This document shows positions 9,739-16,997 of a stretch of 64,000 bases of DNA, piece after piece. Numbering within the stretch: position 1 is the stretch's first letter; each line of letters begins with the position of its first letter. The notes below the pieces were generated by a model that ran no database searches, was not told the origin of the DNA, and saw only the letters and a list, made by a program, of their open reading frames with translations. The DNA is from an uncultured Candidatus Saccharibacteria bacterium (GTDB lineage Bacteria > Patescibacteriota > Minisyncoccia > Phycocordibacterales > UBA2100). The translations under genes and the position numbers were made by a program. Where the stretch lies: contig CAYNRJ010000001.1 in assembly GCA_964399865.1 (NCBI GenBank), forward strand, positions 67,727-131,726. The letters are read 5' to 3'.

Positions 9739-9849
9739 CGCTCGAAGCGCTATATATTTTTCGTACACGAATATTTTTCTGCTGAAAAATTCCTCGAGTT
9801 CGCGCCGTCGCGCTCACTGGGTACTCAAAACATATAGCGCTCCTCACTA
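9739..9849 (-). repeat. Structured intergenic element, divergent AT-rich copy D
   Basis: Minus strand: TAGTGAGG-AGCGCTATATGTTTT-GA-GTAC...GCGC(GACG)GCGC...ATTTTTC(AGCA)GAAAAAT...GTAC-GA-AAAATATATAGCGCT-TCGAGCG. Confidence 0.75.
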
Positions 9850-9920
9850 CGCGTGTTTTTTTTCGTGTCGTACCTTAAGAGTACCTGGCTTTTCTCGTTT
9901 TTCTGCTAGAATGCCGCCAT

Positions 9921-10511
9921 ATGACATGGGTAATCGTTGGCCTAGGCAATCCAGGAGAGAAATACGAGGCATCTAGGCATAATGCTGGCCGTATCGCAGT
10001 ACAATTTTTTGCAAAAGTTTCTAAGTTGAAGGATTGGACTGAGCACAAGACGTCAAATTCGCTTACAGCGGCTGGAATGGTGGGGAAAGTGGCTGTTGCG
10101 GCGATTTTGCCCAACACATTTATGAATAAATCCGGTTCTGCAGTGGTGAAGTTCGTAAAATCTGCAAAGGCGGCTGAACATTTGGTCGTTGTTTACGATG
10201 ATCTCGATCTTCCGCTTGGAAAATTTAAGATTTCCTTCGATCGAGGGAGCGGTGGTCATAAAGGACTCGAATCAATCATGCGTGCCGTGAAGACAAAGAA
10301 GTTTGTGCGGGTACGAATTGGTGTTTCTCCGGAGACCGCGGGAGGTTCTCTTAGAAAACCTGATGGCGAGAAGGCTGTTCTCGATTTTATTTTGACGAAA
10401 TTCAAGCCTAGTGAGGTGGATACGCTCAAAAAAGTATTCAAACAAGTAGCAGAAGTATTAAGCGTGATCGTGCTGGAAGGAAGAGAAATTGCGATGAATA
10501 GGTTTAATTGA
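9921..10511 (+). CDS. pth: Peptidyl-tRNA hydrolase
   Basis: IVGLGNPG..Y..SRHNAG, TFMNKSG, YDDLDLP, GGHKGLES. Confidence 0.98.
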   Translation: MTWVIVGLGNPGEKYEASRHNAGRIAVQFFAKVSKLKDWTEHKTSNSLTAAGMVGKVAVAAILPNTFMNKSGSAVVKFVKSAKAAEHLVVVYDDLDLPLGKFKISFDRGSGGHKGLESIMRAVKTKKFVRVRIGVSPETAGGSLRKPDGEKAVLDFILTKFKPSEVDTLKKVFKQVAEVLSVIVLEGREIAMNRFN

Positions 10512-10624
10512 GGTCGTTCGCGGGTGTTGTGTTGTTCGGGTCGCTGTCTGCCGCTGCTGCGGCAGCGCTCACTCTCGGCCCGACGGCCTGCGAGAGACCC
10601 TCACAACACAACACCCTCTCACTA
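10512..10624 (-). repeat. Structured intergenic element, copy C
   Basis: Minus strand: TAGTGAGA-GGGTGTTGTGTTGT-GA-GGGTC...GGCC(GTCG)GGCC...GCCGC(AGCA)GCGGC-AGACAGC-GACCC-GA-ACAACACAACACCC-GCGAACGACC. Confidence 0.88.
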
Positions 10625-10661
10625 AGGAGAGGGTGTGTGGAGGAGTGTGAAGAAACGGAGG

Positions 10662-11783
10662 TTAGTTCACCGGCTTCAATGTCATTCGACGATCTTTTGG
10701 CTCGAAGAATGTAATTGTGAACGGATATACTTTGCCGAGCTCGAGTTTTGCACGGAGTTCCTGTTCGTTTGCAAACTCTGACACGTGTACAAGACCTGCG
10801 ACACCTTCTTCTATTGATGCGAGAGCACCATGCTTGTTGTACTTGATGATGACAGCGTCCACTTTCTGGTCTTTCTTGTATTTTCCAGCAGCTGTTGTCC
10901 ATGGGTCCTCAACAAGAGCTTTGATCGATAGAGATACTTTGCCATCTTTAATTTCGATGACCTTAACCTTTATCTTTTCGCCGGTCTTGTAGCGAGTCTT
11001 AGGATTTTCAACGAGTGCCCAGTCCATTTCAGAGATGTGTACCAAGCCTTCTAGACCTTCTTCAATCTTCACGAAGATGCCGAACTCAGTTGCGCCTGTC
11101 ACAACGCCATCGAGGGCGTCGCCAACATGGTATTTCTCAACGAGAGATGCGCGCTCGGAAGGAGCAGCACCCTTTTCAGAGAATATGAGCTTATTTTCTT
11201 TAGGGCTTGCGGTGATAACCATGACTTCGATCTTTGTGCCGACGAGTTTCTTGAGTTCACCGAAGATCTTTTCCTTGTCCCCATCCGGTACGCGTGGGTA
11301 ATGGGCAGCTGCGAGTTGAGAAGCTGGCAAAAAGCCCTGGAGTCCGTTCCAACTGATGATAAGACCGCCCTTGTTTGCTTCCGTAATAGGGAGTTCGAAG
11401 ACTGTCTTCTTTTGCATAGCGACTTCAGCCTCGTTCCAGATGAGTGCCTGACGAGCTTCGCGGAGCGAGAGCTCAATGTATCCGTCCTCATTATCGGAGC
11501 CTACGACTTTCGCCGTAATGGTGTCGCCAATGTTGACGTTCTTAAGTGCTTCACGAGCCGATAGGTATTCGCGGCCGTAAATAATGCCTGTACCGTATGG
11601 ATTGAGATCGACGAAAACCCGAGCACGCCCAACGGCGATGACCGGACCTTCTACGACATCATCTATAACAGGCGGTTTGCCGCTTGTGCGGAGAATTTCC
11701 GCCATTGGCCCCGTCTTTTCTGCTACCACCTCAGTATCGTTATCATCACTAACAACTACCTTCTTAGCCTCTTTTTCTACCAT
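10662..11783 (-). CDS. rpsA: 30S ribosomal protein S1 (four S1 domains)
   Basis: S1 repeats: GFLPASQL, FGIFVKIEEGLEGLVHISEMDW, GLVHVSEF. Confidence 0.92.
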   Translation of the reverse strand: MVEKEAKKVVVSDDNDTEVVAEKTGPMAEILRTSGKPPVIDDVVEGPVIAVGRARVFVDLNPYGTGIIYGREYLSAREALKNVNIGDTITAKVVGSDNEDGYIELSLREARQALIWNEAEVAMQKKTVFELPITEANKGGLIISWNGLQGFLPASQLAAAHYPRVPDGDKEKIFGELKKLVGTKIEVMVITASPKENKLIFSEKGAAPSERASLVEKYHVGDALDGVVTGATEFGIFVKIEEGLEGLVHISEMDWALVENPKTRYKTGEKIKVKVIEIKDGKVSLSIKALVEDPWTTAAGKYKKDQKVDAVIIKYNKHGALASIEEGVAGLVHVSEFANEQELRAKLELGKVYPFTITFFEPKDRRMTLKPVN

Positions 11784-11928
11784 TGTAATAATTCGTCCGG
11801 GCTATCCTGCTTGCTCTACCGTATCAGTCTGCAGGGAAGCGTTAACCGAACAACTAACTAATAAATAAGCCCCTTACGGGGACGCTCAATATATATGAAG
11901 TCTGGCTTTTATACAAGCCATTAAATGA

Positions 11929-12269
11929 GTGGGGGCGCTGCTTCGAAAAGCGCGCCCCCTTCGGTCCAACTCCATAGGACCGATGATCCGCTATTAAAAG
12001 CGGTTACGAGCTTATGTACAAAGATCACTTTACGAGTCCTTAAGAAGACTTCGAGGATCATCTTCTCAAAGGATGTTCCGTACCTACCTCCATCAGCTTA
12101 GGGTTTCGAGTTATTCATCGCCCTCAGCGATGTGGACGATCATCTCGTCCTCCCAACTTGCGTTGATAGGGACTCTCCTCGCACATGACAAGAGAGCCAC
12201 TCTCCCCGGTATTGCACCAGAACGTGCTCACGGGTCACCGCAACGCTACTCCTGTCGAACTAAGGCGTC
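11929..12269 (-). ncRNA. Candidate large structured ncRNA (~340 nt), class not recognised
   Basis: Intergenic region with no credible ORF and at least 8 hairpins on the minus strand: GCAA and UUCG tetraloops, T-loop-like UGCAAUA, G-U pairs, and long-range pairings. Confidence 0.6.
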
Positions 12270-12311
12270 AATGTATACATGTGAATGAAGATTTTAGGTT
12301 ATACTACCGGC

Positions 12312-12932
12312 ATGATTCTGACGTACCACACCGGAGGATGTATTCGTGCACAGGCAGGGGACACTACACTTGTCTTTGGTCCTATTTCAAAACAGTCAAA
12401 GGACTTTAAGTCGACAAACTTTGGAGTCGACGTTGCATTCATCCCGCTCAATCATCCTGATATGAACGGTGTTGAAGAAGCAGGGCGAGGAGAGAAACAG
12501 CCGTTCGTTATTTCTGGTCCTGGTGAATACGAATTGAAAGACATCACTGCTTCTGGATTTCCTTCTGGCTCAACATGGGGAAATGAGCCCCGCACGAATA
12601 CTATTTACTCAGTCCTTTTCGACGGGCTTAGTGTTTTGTATTTGGGAGCTCTCGGAGATCTAGATCTTCCAAAAGAAGTTTTGGAAATGGATTCTCCGGA
12701 CATTTTGATACTCCCAATTGGGGGGAATGGCGCACTCGCTCCTGCGGAAGCGCAGAAACTCGCGGTGAAGCTCGAGGCGAAAATTGTAATTCCAATTTTG
12801 TACGATGATAAAAGTCTCAAACAGTTCTTGAAAGAATCTGGTGATGATGGAGTAAAACCGGTCGAGAAACTTACGCTGAAGCCGAAGGATGTCGTAGGTA
12901 AGGAAACCGAAGTTGTGGCTCTTAGTTCGTAA
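12312..12932 (+). CDS. MBL-fold metallo-hydrolase-like protein (degenerate metal site)
   Basis: GPGEYE, NTIY, DILILPIGG and KIVIP motifs of the beta-lactamase-fold family; HxHxDH reduced to LNHPDM. Start 6 nt after TATACT. Confidence 0.8.
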   Translation: MILTYHTGGCIRAQAGDTTLVFGPISKQSKDFKSTNFGVDVAFIPLNHPDMNGVEEAGRGEKQPFVISGPGEYELKDITASGFPSGSTWGNEPRTNTIYSVLFDGLSVLYLGALGDLDLPKEVLEMDSPDILILPIGGNGALAPAEAQKLAVKLEAKIVIPILYDDKSLKQFLKESGDDGVKPVEKLTLKPKDVVGKETEVVALSS

Positions 12933-12934
12933 CT

Positions 12935-13168
12935 ATGGTCCTTGAAAATACTGTTAACAATTTGCGTGAGCGTCCTCGCGATCAGCGGAAAAAAATAGCC
13001 GCGATCGCAGCTCTTGCGGTGATTGTTATACTGTTCCTCGGTTGGGCGATACTTTTCTTCAAGAAGATCCAAAATACTGAGCCGATTCAACTTGACGCTG
13101 TACGAGAGGATTTTGAAGAGAGTTTTCCAGGTACTGAAACGGGCGCGAGTGGAGAAGTCACACAATAA
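12935..13168 (+). CDS. Small single-TM hypothetical protein
   Basis: 77 aa, basic N-terminus then a TM helix; tightly packed between neighbouring genes. Confidence 0.6.
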   Translation: MVLENTVNNLRERPRDQRKKIAAIAALAVIVILFLGWAILFFKKIQNTEPIQLDAVREDFEESFPGTETGASGEVTQ

Positions 13169-13170
13169 TC

Positions 13171-14628
13171 ATGGCAGAAAGCGATATACGTGCAGAACGA
13201 TTAAAAAAACTTGAGATCCTCAAGGCGGCAGGAATGGAAGCGTATCCAGCTCGCACTGCACGAGACACTTCTTGTGTAGACTTCATAGCTAATTTTGAAA
13301 AAAACGAAGCAGGCGGAAAGGTGAGCGTTCTTGCTGGGCGCCTCATGTCACTCCGTGGACAAGGTGGGATTATTTTCGGAGATATTTTTGATGGCACCGG
13401 TCGTACGCAGGTTGTTTTACAGGAGGCTGACATGGACAAAGCATCTTTTGAGCTTTTTACTGCCGCAGTCGACTCAGGGGACTTCATTGAAGTGAAGGGG
13501 TTGGCATTCAAAACAAAGCGCGGTCAGCAGTCCCTCAAAGTTGCTTCGTGGAAAATGCTTTCCAAATCGCTCCTTCCTATCCCTGACGAATGGTTTGGGC
13601 TTAAGGACGAGGAAAAGCGATTACGAGAGCGCGAAATAGACATTCTGACTAACCCTGAGCTTCGCGCGATGTTCGAGCGTCGCTCAAAATTCTGGCAAGC
13701 AGCTCGAGATTTTTATCTGAAGGAAGGATTTACAGAAGTAGATACTCCAGTTCTCGAGACCACGCCGGGAGGCGCCGATGCGCGTCCATTCGTTACGCAT
13801 CACAACGCGCTTGATATTGAAGTCTTCTTACGAATTTCGTGCGGCGAGTTATGGCAAAAGAGACTTCTCATAGCCGGATTTCCAAAAGTGTTTGAGATCG
13901 GAAGGATTTTCAGGAACGAAGGTCAGTCACGCGAACATTTGCAGGATTACACACAGCTCGAGTCATACGAGGCGTTCGGTGATATGAAAAGCGGTATGAA
14001 GTTCGTGCAGGAACTGTATCGCCACATCGCAAAAGAGACGTACGGAAAATATACGTTCAAGATCGGAGATCATGAGGTAGATCTTGCCGATGAATGGAAG
14101 GTCATAGACTTCTCCGCATCACTCAAAGAAAAATTTGGGATTGATCCGATTTTGTCGACGGAAAAGGAAATTATTCAAGCCGTGCGAGATGCAAAGATTC
14201 AATATGGCGAGGCGCTCAATAGATCACGAGCAGTCGACCATCTCTGGAAGAGTATTAGAAAGTCTATTACGGGCCCAGCATTCCTCACAGGCGTTCCTGT
14301 ATTTCTGGAACCGCTCGCAAAACGCTCAGATGAAAATCCAAATATCGTAGAACGAATCCAGATTCTTATCGCCGGGTCAGAGGTAGGGAAAGGCTACAGT
14401 GAGCTGAATGATCCACAGGATCAACGCGCTCGATTTGAGGAGCAACAGAAATTACGTGAGGCGGGCGATCCAGAGGCTCAAAGATTGGATCTTGAATATG
14501 TCCGCGCGATGGAATATGGAATGCCGCCAGCTTTTGGGTTTGGTGTGTCCGAGCGATTCTTCGCGTTTCTCGAGAATAAACCTGCGCACGAGGCGCAATT
14601 CTTCCCACTCCTGCGCCCTAAACAATGA
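13171..14628 (+). CDS. lysS: Lysine--tRNA ligase (class II)
   Basis: OB-fold N-terminus, GGADARPFVTHHN, FEIGRIFRNEG, YGMPP..GFGVSER. Confidence 0.97.
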   Translation: MAESDIRAERLKKLEILKAAGMEAYPARTARDTSCVDFIANFEKNEAGGKVSVLAGRLMSLRGQGGIIFGDIFDGTGRTQVVLQEADMDKASFELFTAAVDSGDFIEVKGLAFKTKRGQQSLKVASWKMLSKSLLPIPDEWFGLKDEEKRLREREIDILTNPELRAMFERRSKFWQAARDFYLKEGFTEVDTPVLETTPGGADARPFVTHHNALDIEVFLRISCGELWQKRLLIAGFPKVFEIGRIFRNEGQSREHLQDYTQLESYEAFGDMKSGMKFVQELYRHIAKETYGKYTFKIGDHEVDLADEWKVIDFSASLKEKFGIDPILSTEKEIIQAVRDAKIQYGEALNRSRAVDHLWKSIRKSITGPAFLTGVPVFLEPLAKRSDENPNIVERIQILIAGSEVGKGYSELNDPQDQRARFEEQQKLREAGDPEAQRLDLEYVRAMEYGMPPAFGFGVSERFFAFLENKPAHEAQFFPLLRPKQ

Positions 14629-15167
14629 AAACTACGGTTTTCGGAGGAGGATGTTTTTGGTGCACAGAGGCGGTATTCCAGATGCTTAAGGGTGTCTCAA
14701 AGGTTGAATCAGGGTATGCGGGCGGAACTATTGAAAATCCTTCTTACGAACGAGTGAGCGAAGGCGACACAGGGCACGCTGAGGTTATTCGTGTTACCTA
14801 CGATCCTGAAATCATCTCCTACGAGGACCTCTTAACTGTTTTCTTTGGTTCCCACGATCCGACCACTCCTAATAAACAGGGTAATGATATCGGTGAGCAA
14901 TATCGCTCTGTGATCTTCTATGACTCAGAAGAAGAAAAGAGTGTGGCGGAGAGAATAATTAAGGAAGTGGACGAATCGCTTCACGACGGTACACGGGTCG
15001 TGACGCAAGTTCTTCCTCTCGGAAAATTCTTTCCGGCAGAGGGATATCATCAGAATTATTTCAAACAAAATAAAAGTGCTCCGTACTGTCAATTAATTAT
15101 CGAGCCGAAGGTGGAGAAAGTACGGAAGAGGTTTGCCGAACTCGTAAATCAAAATGCCGAAGGATGA
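14625..15167 (+). CDS. msrA: Peptide-methionine (S)-S-oxide reductase
   Basis: GGGCFWCTE, GHAE, HDPT, QYRSVIFY, AEGYHQNY. Confidence 0.98.
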   Translation: MKTTVFGGGCFWCTEAVFQMLKGVSKVESGYAGGTIENPSYERVSEGDTGHAEVIRVTYDPEIISYEDLLTVFFGSHDPTTPNKQGNDIGEQYRSVIFYDSEEEKSVAERIIKEVDESLHDGTRVVTQVLPLGKFFPAEGYHQNYFKQNKSAPYCQLIIEPKVEKVRKRFAELVNQNAEG

Positions 15168-15555
15168 ATTTGAAAAACTCGTGGCCAAAGGTTTTGAAAA
15201 GCTTCCCGAATGGGTGCGAGAAAAAATTAAGAACGTCGCTCTATTAATAGATGACGAGCCGTCGGAGGAAGATCGTGAGCGAGAGGGGCTCGCTGATGAT
15301 GAAAGTCTGCTCGGGCTCTACAAGGGAATACCGTTATCTGAACGAGGCGAGCAGTACGGTGTTGGAGTAACGATGCCGGATACTATTACTCTATACCAGC
15401 TACCTATTGAAGAGGCAGCTCTTGAGGATGGTATTGAGGTTCAGCAAGTAGTGGCGGACACCATTTGGCACGAGTTTGCACACCATTTTGGGATGGATGA
15501 ACACGAGGTGCGCCAGAGAGAAATTTCGCGCAGTATTGATGAGAAAGCGAAATAA
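15154..15555 (+). CDS. Minimal zincin metallopeptidase family protein
   Basis: LLGLYKGIPLSER, PDTITLYQ, HEFAHHFG (HExxH). Confidence 0.9.
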   Translation: MPKDEFEKLVAKGFEKLPEWVREKIKNVALLIDDEPSEEDREREGLADDESLLGLYKGIPLSERGEQYGVGVTMPDTITLYQLPIEEAALEDGIEVQQVVADTIWHEFAHHFGMDEHEVRQREISRSIDEKAK

Positions 15556-15569
15556 GTTTATTATCGCGG

Positions 15570-15716
15570 TCGCGTAGTACGGCCGCGCGGAACCGTCTCT
15601 CCACTTGAGGTGGCCTCTCGTGTCTCATCCCGCCCCGAGCACGAAAGACGTCTCAAATGACTGGCGGCTGGTCGTACCGGCTGCCCTCGGATCTCGAGGG
15701 CAGCCGTATTTTTTTA
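15570..15716 (+). ncRNA. Candidate small RNA: long rod with central bubble plus terminator (6S-like)
   Basis: GTACGGCC/GGTCGTAC, TTGAGGTG/CGTCTCAA and TCGTG/CACGA stems with G-U pairs on +. Upstream TTGATG-N17-TATTAT; downstream CGGCTGCCCTCG..CGAGGGCAGCCG followed by a T-tract. Confidence 0.45.
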
Positions 15717-15731
15717 TGATATATTTCCGCC

Positions 15732-16985
15732 ATGGTGAAGCTCTCAGAAATCCTCCACGAACGTGGGTATGTCGGTCAGTTTTCTTCCGGAAAATTGGAG
15801 GAAATTACAGACGGACCGAAGCGTACCCTCTACCTCGGTATCGATCCCTCTGCCGACTCGCTTCAGGTGGGGCAGTTACAGGCATTTCTCGTCCTCAGGC
15901 GCTTTCTGGAAGACGGTCACAAAATAATTCTTCTTATTGGTGGGGGCACGGGAATGATTGGCGATCCGGGTGGTAAGAATGCTGAGCGGCCCCTTCTCGA
16001 CGAGAAAACTGTTCGATCGAATGCAAAGGCAATCGCGTCGCAGGCGAAAGTTCTATTTGGCTCGGGGGATTTCACTCTCGTTGATAATGCAGACTGGCTC
16101 GCGAAATTAAATCTCATCGAATTTCTCCGTGATACAGGCAAGCATTTCTCCGTGAATGCGATGATTCAGCGTGAATTTATAAAGGAACGTCTCACGAACG
16201 TAGACGAAGGTATTTCATACACGGAATTTTCATATGCGCTTCTTCAAGCATATGACTTTTTCCACCTTCATAATGAATACAAGGCGGACGTGCAGGTAGG
16301 CGGCTCTGATCAATGGGGAAACATCATTTCGGGCGTTGATTTCATTCGTCGCAAGAATGGTGACACAGTATACGCGCTTACGTGGCCGCTCCTTATCAAT
16401 AAAGCGACGGGAAAGAAATTCGGGAAAAGTGAGGCGGGCACCGTGTGGCTCGACCCAGCAAAGACGACGCCATTCCAGTTCTACCAATTCTGGCTCAATG
16501 TTGAAGATGAAAACATTGAAGAGTACCTCCTTAAGATGACCACGTTATCAAAAGAGGAGATCGACGCTGCGCTTACTGAGCACAAGCAAAATCCTGGAGC
16601 GCGCTCGGGGCAGCTTCTCCTTGCTCATAAAGTCACTTCTCTTGTACACGGTGAAAAAGAAGCAATGAAAGCGGAGAAGGTGTCTGCTGTTCTCTTCGGA
16701 CAAGGAGGTCTTACTCCTCTTTCTTCCGATGAAGTTAAAACACTTCTTTCAAGTGCTCCATCACATGAAATCAAAGCAGGAGATACGCTATTAGATGTAC
16801 TAGTTGGAGCAAAGCTCGCTACGTCGAAAAGAGAGGCAAGACAATTCTTGGAAGAGAAGGCGGTTAATCTAAATGGAGAAATTGTCACTGATGAGAAACG
16901 AATTTTATCTGAAGCAGATTTCCAAAGCGGCCTTGCGCTACTGAAACGGGGTAAACGGAATGTGTGCGTACTCGTACTTTCTTGA
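15732..16985 (+). CDS. tyrS: Tyrosine--tRNA ligase
   Basis: YLGIDPSADSLQVG (HIGH variant), QVGGSDQWGNI, KFGKS, C-terminal S4-like domain. Confidence 0.98.
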   Translation: MVKLSEILHERGYVGQFSSGKLEEITDGPKRTLYLGIDPSADSLQVGQLQAFLVLRRFLEDGHKIILLIGGGTGMIGDPGGKNAERPLLDEKTVRSNAKAIASQAKVLFGSGDFTLVDNADWLAKLNLIEFLRDTGKHFSVNAMIQREFIKERLTNVDEGISYTEFSYALLQAYDFFHLHNEYKADVQVGGSDQWGNIISGVDFIRRKNGDTVYALTWPLLINKATGKKFGKSEAGTVWLDPAKTTPFQFYQFWLNVEDENIEEYLLKMTTLSKEEIDAALTEHKQNPGARSGQLLLAHKVTSLVHGEKEAMKAEKVSAVLFGQGGLTPLSSDEVKTLLSSAPSHEIKAGDTLLDVLVGAKLATSKREARQFLEEKAVNLNGEIVTDEKRILSEADFQSGLALLKRGKRNVCVLVLS

Positions 16986-16997
16986 TACAGTATTCCG

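Noticed and set aside
1-10624. The structured elements as CRISPR repeats, attC sites or HDV-like ribozymes
   Set aside because: They are dispersed rather than arrayed with spacers, lack RYYYAAC/GTTRRRY ends and a nearby integrase, and their nested three-way fold lacks the HDV double pseudoknot.
11929-12269. tmRNA, RNase P, SRP RNA or cobalamin riboswitch identity for the large RNA
   Set aside because: Fragments resemble them (UUCGACAGG, GAGGAGAGUCC, GAAGCAGC, GGUGCAAUACC). However, there is no tmRNA acceptor/T-arm pair or tag ORF, no RNase P CR-V partner for P4, no SRP helix-8 motif and no B12 box.
15570-15716. T-box riboswitch for tyrS or 4.5S SRP RNA
   Set aside because: GCGGAACCG only loosely resembles the T-box: there is no UGGN bulge, it is not adjacent to the terminator and no stem I/specifier is present. 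The SRP CAGG/GGAA/AGCA motif is absent.
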